Source: a virus (Duplodnaviria > Caudoviricetes). Taken from it: a stretch of DNA of 64,000 bases. The notes below the pieces were generated by a model. That model saw only the letters and a list, made by a program, of their open reading frames with translations, ran no database searches and was not told where the DNA came from. Location: IMG/VR virus record IMGVR_UViG_3300001868_000007, positions 1-64,000 of that record, one strand, 5' to 3'. A program made the translations under genes and the position numbers. Shown piece after piece: positions 1-9,840 of the stretch (position 1 is its first letter; each line of letters opens with the position of its first letter).

Positions 1-1
1 G

Positions 2-934
2 GCTCGTATCTCAGAAATCAAAGCAATCGGTTCAGGAATTGATATCACTGGTCCTGACGTACTCAAATCAAGAAAAGAGTATTTCGGTCACATAGAAACA
101 AATAAAATCTATTGGGCGCTCAATTCAATCAGCTATGTAAGTGAAGCAGCGACTGAGGAAATTATGAAGTTGCGGGATGTGGATAAAAGATTCTTTGCAG
201 ATTTTGAAGACTTTTACAATCTCGTTCAAACAGTAAAAGTTGAAAAGAAAGGAGCCCTTCAAGAAGGCGAACGAATGAGAAGTCCAATCAACAAAAGAGT
301 CCTAACAAATCTTATCATTGTTGGAGCTTTTGATGAACTTGAAAAAATCGGACCAACCACACTTTGGAAGAGAGGCAAGCTTCTTCAAAAGTTATACGAA
401 CTCAGCTTTCCAGAACTTAAATTAGAACCATTCAGCTTTCATTCTGAAAAATGGAAGAAGAGAATGACTGAGGAACTTATGGTGATAACGGATTATAAAT
501 TCGACTATCAATGGATCATGGCTCAGAAGAAGTTATGCGGATTCGGAGATCTGAATTTCAAAGAGTTGATGTCAAAAGTAGGATTAGCTGCGAAGGTAGA
601 TAAATTCAGAACAAATAACGAAATCAACGCAACAGAACTCAAATACGATCGTAACGAAAAGCTTATCGAAGAAGATGTGGTTGTAGGGGGAGTTGTACAG
701 AGTATAATCGAAAGAAAATCGAAAAACGGACCATTTGCCCAGTTACTACTTCACGACGGTGAGAAAGAGTTGTACATAACTGTTTGGAATGAAATTTACG
801 ATCAATTCAAAACAGAAGTAGATAACAGTGGAAATAAAATTTTATTTATCGACGGAATAATAACTTTCGACAAATATAAAAATAGCAATGTGATACATTC
901 AAAATCGTATTCAATAGTAAAAATTTTAAATTAA
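2..934 (+). CDS. dnaE: DNA polymerase III alpha subunit, C-terminal part (gene starts before the window)
   Basis: The frame is open from base 2 (…GPDVLKSRKEYF…IYWALNSISYVSEAATEEIMKLR, DnaE HhH region). It includes INKRVLTNLIIVGAFD and a C-terminal OB fold (VGGVV…KSKNGPFAQLLLHD…ITVW). Confidence 0.8.
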   Translation, partial: ARISEIKAIGSGIDITGPDVLKSRKEYFGHIETNKIYWALNSISYVSEAATEEIMKLRDVDKRFFADFEDFYNLVQTVKVEKKGALQEGERMRSPINKRVLTNLIIVGAFDELEKIGPTTLWKRGKLLQKLYELSFPELKLEPFSFHSEKWKKRMTEELMVITDYKFDYQWIMAQKKLCGFGDLNFKELMSKVGLAAKVDKFRTNNEINATELKYDRNEKLIEEDVVVGGVVQSIIERKSKNGPFAQLLLHDGEKELYITVWNEIYDQFKTEVDNSGNKILFIDGIITFDKYKNSNVIHSKSYSIVKILN

Positions 935-2838
935 TGGACAAAAAAACAATTCCCTTTGGTGAGATTGGTTACATCACATTCAAAAGGACGTACGCTCGCA
1001 GAGTAAATGAAGACGATATCAATTCTCGCACAGAGGAATTTGATGAAGTAGTTAATCGAGAATTGAGAGCATCGGACACTCAACTTGGAGTAGGCTTTAC
1101 AGATGAAGAAAAGAAGCGTTATTTTGAAACTCGAATGGGTTTGAAATGGTCTCCAGCAGGAAGATTCATGTGGCAACTCGGAACCAAAACAGTTGAGAAA
1201 TTAGGATTACCCTCTCTTCAGAATTGTGCTTTCACTACAGTCAACGAACCGATTAAACCATTTACTTGGACGATGGATATGCTCATGCTTGGGTCGGGAG
1301 TCGGATTTAACATTCAGAGAGAAAATGTCTACAAGCTTCCAAAATTGAAGGGACCAATCAAGATTGAGAGAGTTGATGAGAACGATGTTGATTTCATCGT
1401 AGCAGATAACAGAGAAGGGTGGATCAAGCTACTTGGAAAAGTATTGAAAGCTCACTTCTACGCAGGAAAAGGCTTCATTTATTCTACAGTTTGCGTCAGA
1501 GGTAAAGGAGCTCCTATTAAAGGGTTCGGAGGAATATCAAGTGGACCTGAAGAGTTATGTTGGGGAATCAATGAGATTCACAAAATACTTAACAAGAAAG
1601 CCGGAAAGAAACTTGAGCCGATCGACTGCCTCGATATTATGAATATTATTGGATTTATCGTAGTATCAGGGAATGTTCGTAGAAGCGCAGAGATTGCAAT
1701 AGGTGATTACGATGATCTAGCTTTCTTGAGAGCTAAAACTTGGAGTCTTGGTAATATACCAAACTGGAGAGCAATGAGTAATAACTCGATCATCACTCCA
1801 AAAGATTTGAAAGACTTACCTAAAGAGTTTTGGCAAACTTACGAACAAGGTGAACCATACGGAATGATCAATTTAAGATTGGCTAAAAAGGTTGGTCGAA
1901 CTGGAGAAAAACAATACAAAGACGCTGATATTGAGGGATTTAACCCTTGTGGCGAGCAAAGTCTCGAACCTTACGAAACTTGCTGTCTCGCCGAAATATT
2001 CTTACCGAACATTGATTCTCCGGAAGAATTACAAGAAGTACTCATTTACGCTTATCGCATGTGTAAACATTCGCTTACACTTCCATGTCACTTGAAAGAG
2101 ACAGAAGAAGTAGTTCACAAAAACATGAGAATGGGAATTGGGATGACTGGAGTACTTCAAGCTACTGAAAAACAGAGAAGTTGGTTGAAAGAAGCTTACG
2201 TTTGGTTGAGACGATACGACAAAGAGTATTCAGAACAACACAACTTCCCGATCTCAATAAAACTCACAACTGTTAAGCCGAGTGGAACAAGCTCTCTTAT
2301 TGCAGGAGTAACGCCAGGAGTGCATCCAAATCCAGCAGGACCATATTACATCAGAAGAGTAAGAATCGCTGCAGACTCACCTCTAATTGAAGTTTGTCGC
2401 ACTCATGGATACGAAGTAGATTCTCAGATCAATTTCGATGGAAGCTTAGATCGAAATACGTTAGTGGTTTCTTTCCCATGTGCAATCCCAGAGACCACTC
2501 CAATCGCAGCAACCTTCGGATGGAAAGAGCAACTCGATGCTGTACGTCGAATGCAGGCTGAATGGTCTGATAACAGTGTATCTTGCACAGTGTACTATAA
2601 GAAAGAAGATTTACCGGAAATCAAAGAGTATTTAGATCAGTATTTCACAAACGAAATTAAGTCAGTAAGCTTTCTATTGTACTCAGGGCACGGATTCATT
2701 CAAGCTCCGTACGAGAGCGTTTCGAAAGAAAGATACCTTGAGATGAAGGCAAAAACAAAACAAATAATTTCAACTGATGTCGAAGAAGAAGCTTTCGAAC
2801 TTGACGAGTGTAGCTCAGGAGTCTGCCCTATCAAATAA
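934..2838 (+). CDS. nrdJ: Class II (adenosylcobalamin-dependent) ribonucleotide reductase, monomeric type
   Basis: TFKRTYAR, SPAGR, LQNCAF, NPCGEQSLEPYETCCLAE active site, TVKPSGT, and the C-terminal redox pair CSSGVCPIK. Confidence 0.92.
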   Translation: MDKKTIPFGEIGYITFKRTYARRVNEDDINSRTEEFDEVVNRELRASDTQLGVGFTDEEKKRYFETRMGLKWSPAGRFMWQLGTKTVEKLGLPSLQNCAFTTVNEPIKPFTWTMDMLMLGSGVGFNIQRENVYKLPKLKGPIKIERVDENDVDFIVADNREGWIKLLGKVLKAHFYAGKGFIYSTVCVRGKGAPIKGFGGISSGPEELCWGINEIHKILNKKAGKKLEPIDCLDIMNIIGFIVVSGNVRRSAEIAIGDYDDLAFLRAKTWSLGNIPNWRAMSNNSIITPKDLKDLPKEFWQTYEQGEPYGMINLRLAKKVGRTGEKQYKDADIEGFNPCGEQSLEPYETCCLAEIFLPNIDSPEELQEVLIYAYRMCKHSLTLPCHLKETEEVVHKNMRMGIGMTGVLQATEKQRSWLKEAYVWLRRYDKEYSEQHNFPISIKLTTVKPSGTSSLIAGVTPGVHPNPAGPYYIRRVRIAADSPLIEVCRTHGYEVDSQINFDGSLDRNTLVVSFPCAIPETTPIAATFGWKEQLDAVRRMQAEWSDNSVSCTVYYKKEDLPEIKEYLDQYFTNEIKSVSFLLYSGHGFIQAPYESVSKERYLEMKAKTKQIISTDVEEEAFELDECSSGVCPIK

Positions 2839-3178
2839 GCGAGTTCGCAACGATCCAAACTACATTCTCTCTCAGAAGCTCAGAATCAAAGTGAGGCGAG
2901 CCCTGAGAGAGAATTCAAACAAACTTTTGAAGCAGTTTGGATATACAGTAGAAGAGTTAAGGACTCATCTTGAATCGAATTTCACTGAGAATATGAGTTG
3001 GGAGAATTATGGTGAATGGCATATAGATCACAAAGAACCATGCGCTAAATTTAATCTTCAATGCTTAGGTCAGCAACGTAAATGTTTTCACTACAGTAAC
3101 CTACAACCTCTATGGAAGAGAGAAAACATTTTGAAGGGTTCAGTGTTTGAAGGCAAAAGACATTATTATGGGAAATAA
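2777..3178 (+). CDS. Free-standing HNH endonuclease
   Basis: WHIDHKEPC…CFHYSNLQPLWKRENILKG HNH motif; overlaps the nrdJ 3' end. Confidence 0.7.
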   Translation: MSKKKLSNLTSVAQESALSNKRVRNDPNYILSQKLRIKVRRALRENSNKLLKQFGYTVEELRTHLESNFTENMSWENYGEWHIDHKEPCAKFNLQCLGQQRKCFHYSNLQPLWKRENILKGSVFEGKRHYYGK

Positions 3179-3190
3179 TTGGAAAATAAA

Positions 3191-3231
3191 ACATACTTTT
3201 GTTGTTTTATCGAAATATGGGTCGTATCTTT
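3191..3231 (+). promoter_or_regulatory. Repeated phage promoter, copy 1
   Basis: ACATACttttGTTG followed by GTATCTTT 33 nt after the ACATAC start. Confidence 0.75.
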
Positions 3232-3257
3232 AGGTCATAATTAAAACAACAAACGAT

Positions 3258-3998
3258 ATGGCACGCTTAATTGGATTCGCAACAGAATTTTACACATTAT
3301 GGGATGTTCAAGAAGAATGTAGGTATACTACAGATTCTCAAGGTAAGAGTTGGTTAACTGGTAAAGATTACAAGTTCTTCTATATCAAGAACGTAAGCAC
3401 TGATCTCAATAAGGTAAAATCTTTATATCCTGATTTATCAATCGATGAATCATTAAGAGGTAAATGTAGAGATTTCATCGTTGAAGGCAAAGAAGATTTA
3501 TGTCCTCAGATAATGAAGTTCGGCAAATATTACGGTCGCAATTTAGATGAGTTAGTTTCTTTGGATTTCAATTACGTTCTATGGTTAGTTGAAAATGGTA
3601 ATTACTCAGGTAATCGACTATATGCTGAAAAATTACCTCAAATAGTGAAGCATTTTACCGGCATTGAAAACGAACAAGTTGCAAAAGAAGCTGAGGCAGA
3701 ATCTATCTTATCAGAGCTCGCAACCTTAAAAACAATCTCTTTTGTAGCTGAACGCAATTTAACCGTAGGAGAAACAGAAGCCTATATTATGCCTTTGTAT
3801 AAAGGGATTCCTGTTATATTGAAGTTTAAAGGTGGTTACAACGTAATGTCTTATAATGGATTTGACTACGCTTTGCCAACTATTAATGGAAAAGCAAAAA
3901 GAATAAAAGGTAACGAAATCACACTCACGTTTGAGCATATCGATTCAGAATTTGGAGATAATGAATTTTTAGTACATACAATTAAAATTAATAAATAA
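3258..3998 (+). CDS. Hypothetical protein with a DUF3820-like (FGKY-x-G…Y-x-x-W) motif
   Basis: IMKFGKYYGRNLDEL…DFNYVLWL; directly downstream of promoter copy 1. Confidence 0.5.
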   Translation: MARLIGFATEFYTLWDVQEECRYTTDSQGKSWLTGKDYKFFYIKNVSTDLNKVKSLYPDLSIDESLRGKCRDFIVEGKEDLCPQIMKFGKYYGRNLDELVSLDFNYVLWLVENGNYSGNRLYAEKLPQIVKHFTGIENEQVAKEAEAESILSELATLKTISFVAERNLTVGETEAYIMPLYKGIPVILKFKGGYNVMSYNGFDYALPTINGKAKRIKGNEITLTFEHIDSEFGDNEFLVHTIKINK

Positions 3999-4000
3999 AT

Positions 4001-4588
4001 ATGATAATAAGAAAACAGTTTAAATTTGAAGGATCGCATATAGTTAGAGATTGCTCTACAAAATTATGCCAACGTAACTCGCACGGTCACAGCTATTTAG
4101 TGGAAATCTTCTTTACTTCGAAAGGAATCGATAATGGAGGAATGGTAATGGATTTTGGTTTAATGAAATCGACAATTAAAGAATTTATCGAATCGTTTGA
4201 TCATGCCCATACCTTATGGAGTAAGGAATCAGAAGAGTTTAAAAAATTCTACTATGATCATTTTGAAAGAGTAATTGAGCTACCCTGCTCTCCTTCTGCT
4301 GAGATGTACTCGCTCATGTTTTTCTATGTGATCGATTTAATCGTTAAGAATACGCAATTTAGAAATGGAGAAAAAGAAGTAGAGCTTCGCTCAGTACGAG
4401 TACACGAAACAACAACCGGATACGCAGAGTCCTTTCGTGAAGATCTGCAGTATTGGAAGTGGAGATTAGACGATATCAAAATCTCTGACGGGATCGTAGT
4501 TGATTGGAAGGAGCCTAAAATGTGGCACTACTTGCAGATCGGCCACAAATTCATTAATCTAGATGTAGATTTAAGATATCAAGACTAA
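4001..4588 (+). CDS. queD: 6-carboxy-5,6,7,8-tetrahydropterin synthase
   Basis: FKFEGSH…CQRNSHGHSY (CxxxHGH), MVMDFG, FDHA, SAEM, VRVHET. Confidence 0.9.
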   Translation: MIIRKQFKFEGSHIVRDCSTKLCQRNSHGHSYLVEIFFTSKGIDNGGMVMDFGLMKSTIKEFIESFDHAHTLWSKESEEFKKFYYDHFERVIELPCSPSAEMYSLMFFYVIDLIVKNTQFRNGEKEVELRSVRVHETTTGYAESFREDLQYWKWRLDDIKISDGIVVDWKEPKMWHYLQIGHKFINLDVDLRYQD

Positions 4589-4593
4589 GGGTC

Positions 4594-4620
4594 GAAGCTC
4601 CCACGGAAAATGGGAGCTTC
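4594..4620 (+). terminator. Perfect 10-bp hairpin between queD and queE
   Basis: GAAGCTCCCA-cggaaaa-TGGGAGCTTC; weak T-tail; followed by a TAnnTTT box at about 4645. Confidence 0.45.
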
Positions 4621-4672
4621 TGCTTGTTCTACAAAAATAAGTTGTACTTTTACAATACTAAAATATAAACAA

Positions 4673-5440
4673 ATGTCAAAACAAATAATTGAAGCAGATC
4701 CTAATCGAGTAAAAGATTATGTTGGACTTAATCCTTTTCGTTCTCTTAAAATCTCTGAATTTTTTAGTGAAACGATTCAAGCTGAGGGAGTAAGTGCAGG
4801 AATGCCAGCAGCTTTCCTTCGAGTAGCAGATTGCACCCTCTCTTGTATTTTTTGTGATTCAAAGACCGTATGGAGATTTGGTAATTTTTATTCTTTCGAA
4901 GAGTTATGGAAGCTTATGGAAGATGCTAATTTACCTCAACAATTTGTAAACGGTGTAAGATTAGTTCTTACAGGAGGTTCTCCTTTAAAAGCTGAACTTC
5001 AGTTAATTAATTTCATAAAAGAGTTTATTGAAAGATATGGTTTCAAACCTTATATTGAAGTTGAAAACGAATGTACCTTGATGCCAAGTGAAGAATTCAT
5101 CACTTTAGTTGATCAATGGAATAACTCTCCAAAGTTGAATAATTCAAATATGCCTCAAAAGGTTTGTTATAAACCCAAAATCTTGAAGAGATTAAGTGAG
5201 CTTGGTAACTCTTGGTTTAAATTTGTTTTCTCAGAAGAGAGTGACTGGTATGAAATAGAATCCAATTTTATTGAACCCGGTTTAATTCGTCGAGAACAAG
5301 TCATCATTATGCCTGAGGGAGAGAATAGATCTAGGTTGCATTGGACTCGAGAATTAGCTGTGAATGTAGCTATACGTGAAGGAGTAAGATATTCAGATCG
5401 TCTACAAATCATCCTTTGGGATAATAAGAAAGGAGTGTAA
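4673..5440 (+). CDS. queE: 7-carboxy-7-deazaguanine synthase (radical SAM)
   Basis: ETIQAEG…FLRVADCTLSCIFCDS (CxxxCxxC), LTGGSP, SPKL, RLQIILW. ATG 4673 preferred because ATG 4610 lies in the hairpin. Confidence 0.9.
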   Translation: MSKQIIEADPNRVKDYVGLNPFRSLKISEFFSETIQAEGVSAGMPAAFLRVADCTLSCIFCDSKTVWRFGNFYSFEELWKLMEDANLPQQFVNGVRLVLTGGSPLKAELQLINFIKEFIERYGFKPYIEVENECTLMPSEEFITLVDQWNNSPKLNNSNMPQKVCYKPKILKRLSELGNSWFKFVFSEESDWYEIESNFIEPGLIRREQVIIMPEGENRSRLHWTRELAVNVAIREGVRYSDRLQIILWDNKKGV

Positions 5441-5442
5441 TT

Positions 5443-5739
5443 ATGAGTTATTTACCAGGATCAACTCAAGCAAAGATCGTTGAAGTGACTACCGCAATAC
5501 AGGAGTTACTTCTTGAAAAGAATAAGCGCTATGGTGACGCCGCTATTAATCCAACAAACACATTTAGTAAGCTTTCAGGGAATGCCTCTATCAAGATTCG
5601 TCTTGATGATAAAATTAATAGAGTTAAAGCTTCTGAAGAAATTAGAGTAAATGATGTTTGCGACATTATTGGATACTGCACTCTACTCCTTATTTCAATG
5701 GGAGTATCAAAAGAAGATATTTTAAAACTAATCGATTAA
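5443..5739 (+). CDS. Nucleotide-modification-associated domain 1 (Nmad1/DUF1599-like) protein
   Basis: LLEKNKRYGD…IRLDDKINR…DIIGY pattern (all-helical NTP-PPase-like). Confidence 0.6.
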   Translation: MSYLPGSTQAKIVEVTTAIQELLLEKNKRYGDAAINPTNTFSKLSGNASIKIRLDDKINRVKASEEIRVNDVCDIIGYCTLLLISMGVSKEDILKLID

Positions 5740-5749
5740 AAATAGCATT

Positions 5750-6196
5750 ATGAACAAAATTGAAATTGCACAACATTACAAAACGCTTCTTCCATGTGAA
5801 CAATTTTATGTTACTGGATCAACAGCTCTCGCTTATCATGGACTTATAGAATTGAGTTCTGCAGCCGATTTAGACATCATTCTTGTCAATCCCACAGATG
5901 CAGCAAAGGAATTGCTCTCACGCCTTCAAAACGATGCTCCAGCTAATACTAAGCCGAGTGGGAAAGCTGAAGTAAATTACATTTTTATGCATGATGGAAC
6001 AAAGATTGATATTTTTGTTCAATCTGAAAAAGTTGATGGACTTTTATCTCATAATGGAATTGATTTTTCATCCATCAAACATATCGTTGCTGCAAAGAAA
6101 CGTATCAATAGAGTGAAAGACTGGATACAGTTGAGAAAACTTTCTCAAGTAATCTGTAAATACGAGGAATTTAACACTTTTTTAAATCAACAGTAA
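5750..6196 (+). CDS. Minimal Pol-beta-superfamily nucleotidyltransferase-like protein
   Basis: VTGSTAL…ADLDII (GS…DxD), KIDIF as the third carboxylate, C-terminal KRINRVKD. Confidence 0.55.
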   Translation: MNKIEIAQHYKTLLPCEQFYVTGSTALAYHGLIELSSAADLDIILVNPTDAAKELLSRLQNDAPANTKPSGKAEVNYIFMHDGTKIDIFVQSEKVDGLLSHNGIDFSSIKHIVAAKKRINRVKDWIQLRKLSQVICKYEEFNTFLNQQ

Positions 6197-6197
6197 C

Positions 6198-6845
6198 ATG
6201 AAACTAATTAGACCATCGCACCAAATACTATCTGAAATTGATAGCTCAAAAATTCTACAAAGCATTGAGAGAGCAGGTAGAACTTGTTATAAGAGTGAAG
6301 AGAAAATGACAGATGAGAGCGCTAACAAATTCGTTGAAATGTTGATAAAACGTGGACATGAATCAGTACTTGAACATCAATCTCTTTCAGTGTTATTTAT
6401 TTGTGATCGAGGAGTGTCGCATGAAATAGTTCGTCACAGACTTGCTTCTTTCTCGCAAGAAAGCACTCGCTATTGTAATTATTCACAAGATAAGTTCGAA
6501 AATCAATTAACTTTCATTATTCCTGAGTGGTGTAGTTTTGAAGAAGGCGAATATTCGAGAGAGTTTATACAGATAGATGCGGGAGAAGCGTGGTTTAATG
6601 CCATGATCCTCGCCGAGTACTACTACAAAACACTACTTGCAAAAGGTTGGTCACCTCAACAAGCTCGATCAGTACTTCCAAACTCTCTGAAAACAGAAAT
6701 AGTAGTTACAGCAAATATGCGTGAATGGAGGACTATTTTCAAACAGCGCACTTCAGCAGCAGCTCATCCTCAAATGGTAGAGTTAATGAAACCTTTATTA
6801 GAAGAATTGCAATCAATTCTTCCATCAATCTTCAAAGATATTTAA
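6198..6845 (+). CDS. thyX: FAD-dependent thymidylate synthase
   Basis: GHESVLEH, RHRLASFSQESTRY signature, ARSVLPN, NMREW. Confidence 0.95.
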   Translation: MKLIRPSHQILSEIDSSKILQSIERAGRTCYKSEEKMTDESANKFVEMLIKRGHESVLEHQSLSVLFICDRGVSHEIVRHRLASFSQESTRYCNYSQDKFENQLTFIIPEWCSFEEGEYSREFIQIDAGEAWFNAMILAEYYYKTLLAKGWSPQQARSVLPNSLKTEIVVTANMREWRTIFKQRTSAAAHPQMVELMKPLLEELQSILPSIFKDI

Positions 6846-6867
6846 TCAGAGTAAAATAAAAAACAAA

Positions 6868-7110
6868 ATGGCAGAACAAAGTGTAGCGGAACAACTCCGT
6901 CAAGTAGTAAAAGAAACATCAGGAGCAGCAATGACCCTCAGTCCAAACGACGAAGGTTGGGGAGGATATCTTCTTCAGAAGAAAAAGAAATTCGAAGAAG
7001 CAAGTTTCGATGAATTGGTAGATGCGATCGTCGCATACATCAAAGAGAATCGCACCAAAGCGGTAGTCGCTGAAGGTAAAAAAGATCCAAAGAAACCTTT
7101 TAAATTTTAA
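6868..7110 (+). CDS. Hypothetical protein
   Basis: 80-aa ORF tightly packed in the operon, with an A-rich leader. Confidence 0.6.
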   Translation: MAEQSVAEQLRQVVKETSGAAMTLSPNDEGWGGYLLQKKKKFEEASFDELVDAIVAYIKENRTKAVVAEGKKDPKKPFKF

Positions 7111-7114
7111 GAGA

Positions 7115-7759
7115 ATGGAGTTATTGAAAAAAGCGAATGGGAATATCTCTCGAACAGAAGAAGAGAAAATTCAGATGATTGAAGAAGGAGCTCTCCATTA
7201 TGGTCGATTTTTAACAGCAATGGGTTTTGATTGGGAAGCTGATCCTCATTCAGACAGAACTCCATATAGAGTTGCGAAAGCTTGGGTAAACGATCTAATC
7301 GCTGGAAGTATTAATCCTCTCTCACCGATCACAACGTTTCCTAATGACGAAGGTTATACAGGATTGATTTGTCAAACGAATATCCCTGTTGTAAGCATGT
7401 GTTGCCACCACAATTTGAGTTTCATTGGAGTTTGCCATTTAGCGTACATTCCAGGGAAAGAAAAGACTGATCAGGTACTTGGATTAAGTAAACTAAATCG
7501 AATCGTCGATTGGTACGCTCGTAGACCAAATATTCAAGAATCACTTACAAAGCAAATCCACGACAAGGTAGATGAATTATGCGTTGGTAATAGAGGAGTG
7601 GCTTGTGTAATCGAATCACAGCATTGTTGCGTTAAATGTAGGGGAATCAAACATGATAGTGTTATGAAAACATCTCAAATGTCAGGATATTTCTTCACTA
7701 ATGAGATTGGTACACGTCAAGAGTTTTTTCAATTAATTGATCAATCACGTACAAAATAA
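7115..7759 (+). CDS. folE: GTP cyclohydrolase I
   Basis: [34 protein letters not shown]. Confidence 0.95.
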   Translation: MELLKKANGNISRTEEEKIQMIEEGALHYGRFLTAMGFDWEADPHSDRTPYRVAKAWVNDLIAGSINPLSPITTFPNDEGYTGLICQTNIPVVSMCCHHNLSFIGVCHLAYIPGKEKTDQVLGLSKLNRIVDWYARRPNIQESLTKQIHDKVDELCVGNRGVACVIESQHCCVKCRGIKHDSVMKTSQMSGYFFTNEIGTRQEFFQLIDQSRTK

Positions 7760-7767
7760 ATCGCAAA

Positions 7768-8754
7768 ATGGAACAATCGGAAAAAGATAAAAGAGTACAA
7801 TTGGCTCTCGAAAAAATATCGAAACAGTTTGGAAAGACTGCTGTAATGAAATTGTCAGATAAGCCTGAGATGGATGTTGAAGTGATTCCAACAGGATCGC
7901 TCACATTAGATATTGCATTGGGTGTTGGAGGATTTCCTCGAGGTAGAGTGATAGAAATCTATGGGCCGGAAAGCGCAGGTAAAAGTACTCTCGCTATTCA
8001 TGCAGTAGCTGAAGCTCAAAAACTTGGAGGGAACGCTGCTTATATTGATGTTGAGTGTGCGTACGATATACAATATTCTGCAAATCTTGGAGTAGATAAC
8101 GAGAAGTTATATTTTGCGCAGCCAGATTTTGGAGAACAGGCCTTGGAAATAGCTATCAACCTTATAGAATCAGGCGGCTTTGACATACTGGTAATCGACT
8201 CAGTTGCTGCTCTAATTCCTAAAGCAGAGCTTGATGGAGAAATGGGCGATGCGAAAATGGGATTACAAGCACGTATGATGTCTCAAGCAATGAGAAAGAT
8301 GGTTTCAGTTGTTTCAAAAAGTAATACTTGTGTTATTTTCATAAATCAATTACGTGAGAAAATTGGCGTAGTCTACGGTTCAAACGAAGTAACCACGGGA
8401 GGAAACGCATTAAAATTCTATGCTTCAGTTCGACTTGATGTAAGGAGATCAGCTCAAGTGAAAGATGGTGAAGAAGTAATGGGAAATCTAACAAGAGTAA
8501 AAGTAACAAAGAATAAAGTAGCTCCACCTTTCAAAATAGCTCAATTTGATATTATGTACGGGAAAGGTATTTCTAAATCAGGAGAGATCGTTGATCTTGG
8601 AGTAGAGCTTGCAATTATCAAAAAAGCAGGATCTTGGTACAGTTACGGAGATACAAAGTTGGGGCAAGGACGCGATGGAGTTAAACAACTTCTTGAAGAC
8701 AATCCAGAACTGATGGATGAATTAGAAATCAAAATCAAAGCACAAATAAATTAA
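7768..8754 (+). CDS. recA: RecA recombinase (bacterial type, no acidic C-tail)
   Basis: GPESAGKS Walker [39 protein letters not shown]. Confidence 0.97.
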   Translation: MEQSEKDKRVQLALEKISKQFGKTAVMKLSDKPEMDVEVIPTGSLTLDIALGVGGFPRGRVIEIYGPESAGKSTLAIHAVAEAQKLGGNAAYIDVECAYDIQYSANLGVDNEKLYFAQPDFGEQALEIAINLIESGGFDILVIDSVAALIPKAELDGEMGDAKMGLQARMMSQAMRKMVSVVSKSNTCVIFINQLREKIGVVYGSNEVTTGGNALKFYASVRLDVRRSAQVKDGEEVMGNLTRVKVTKNKVAPPFKIAQFDIMYGKGISKSGEIVDLGVELAIIKKAGSWYSYGDTKLGQGRDGVKQLLEDNPELMDELEIKIKAQIN

Positions 8755-8758
8755 AAGT

Positions 8759-9085
8759 ATGAATTTTACAGAGTATCAAAACAAAGCGATTACTACAAAG
8801 ATCTACAAGCCAGAGGTAGCATTAGCGTATGTGACATTAGGAATCACCGGAGAAGCCGGAGAAGTAGCTGAAAAAGTAAAAAAGATCATTCGCGACGACA
8901 ATGGAGTTGTAAGTGAAGCGAAGAAAGTCGAAATCTCGAAAGAGTTAGGAGATGTCCTTTGGTATTTAGCTGCAATGTGTGACGAGTTAGGTCTCGACTT
9001 CGACGAAGTAGCTCAGCAAAATATTGACAAACTTGCTTCTCGGAAGGAACGCAGTGTCTTGACTGGATCGGGAGATAATCGATAA
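8759..9085 (+). CDS. mazG: MazG-like nucleotide pyrophosphohydrolase
   Basis: LGITGEAGEVAEKVKK…KELGDVLWYLA…NIDKL. Confidence 0.85.
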   Translation: MNFTEYQNKAITTKIYKPEVALAYVTLGITGEAGEVAEKVKKIIRDDNGVVSEAKKVEISKELGDVLWYLAAMCDELGLDFDEVAQQNIDKLASRKERSVLTGSGDNR

Positions 9086-9119
9086 ATCACAAAAATAAAG
9101 GTGATTCGACCTAAAAACT

Positions 9120-9160
9120 ACAATAGTCTGTTGTTTCGAAAGAGATAATGGACTATTTTT
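9120..9160 (+). promoter_or_regulatory. Variant copy of the repeated promoter, upstream of the dpdL-like gene
   Basis: acaatagtctGTTG then cTATTTTT at the same spacing; embedded AATAGTC/GACTATT inverted repeat. Confidence 0.4.
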
Positions 9161-9186
9161 ACATCCATAAATAAATAAATATAATC

Positions 9187-9549
9187 ATGGCAATGAAAAT
9201 CAGTACAGAAATCGTCGCTCGTACTTCAGTTGAGGGAATACATCGTTGGGGACAATGTCCTATTGAAGAGGTTAGCTATCTTCGAAACTACCACCGTCAT
9301 CTCTTTCAAATTGCTGCAAAACTGCCGGTATCCCACTCAAACCGTGATACTGAATTTATCCAATTAACCCATAAGATCAAAACCTATCTTCGCGAAACGT
9401 ATTTCAGTACTGAAACACAATGCTTATTCTTCGGAGATCGTTCTTGTGAAATGATAGCTGAGGAACTTCTAATTGAATTCAGTCTTTCTGAATGCGAAAT
9501 ACAAGAAGATAATGAGTCATCAGCAATTGTTAAAAGAGTGGAGGAGTAA
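9187..9549 (+). CDS. dpdL: QueD-like T-fold protein, DpdL-type (putative CDG decarboxylase)
   Basis: EGIHRW…YLRNYHRHLF matches the LxxxHRHxF signature I recall for DpdL; also RDTEFI, SCEMIA and EDNE. Confidence 0.65.
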   Translation: MAMKISTEIVARTSVEGIHRWGQCPIEEVSYLRNYHRHLFQIAAKLPVSHSNRDTEFIQLTHKIKTYLRETYFSTETQCLFFGDRSCEMIAEELLIEFSLSECEIQEDNESSAIVKRVEE

Positions 9550-9551
9550 TT

Positions 9552-9839
9552 ATGAATAAACTAACAAGAATGACTACTTTTGTTGATAGTGAATTACAGC
9601 ACGTAATTACTAATCTCTACAACAATCTTGAAGACGTGATTTATAATGCAGCTTTGTTAGATATACGATCTCAAAGAGATGAAAAGAATTATAATGATGT
9701 ACATTTTCAACAAGTAATTAAATACACCAATAAAGCTGTAGAAGAACTCAATGACTTGTGGAATACAGAATTAAAACCTTTTAAAGGAGAGCAATTTTTA
9801 AAGAAGGCTGCAGATTTTTTGAATTCAGATATCTATTAA
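9552..9839 (+). CDS. Hypothetical protein
   Basis: ORF track; operon packing. Confidence 0.55.
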   Translation: MNKLTRMTTFVDSELQHVITNLYNNLEDVIYNAALLDIRSQRDEKNYNDVHFQQVIKYTNKAVEELNDLWNTELKPFKGEQFLKKAADFLNSDIY

Positions 9840-9840
9840 C

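Noticed and set aside
4610-4672. Extended QueE N-terminus from ATG 4610
   Set aside because: That ATG lies in the intergenic hairpin, upstream of a promoter-like box.
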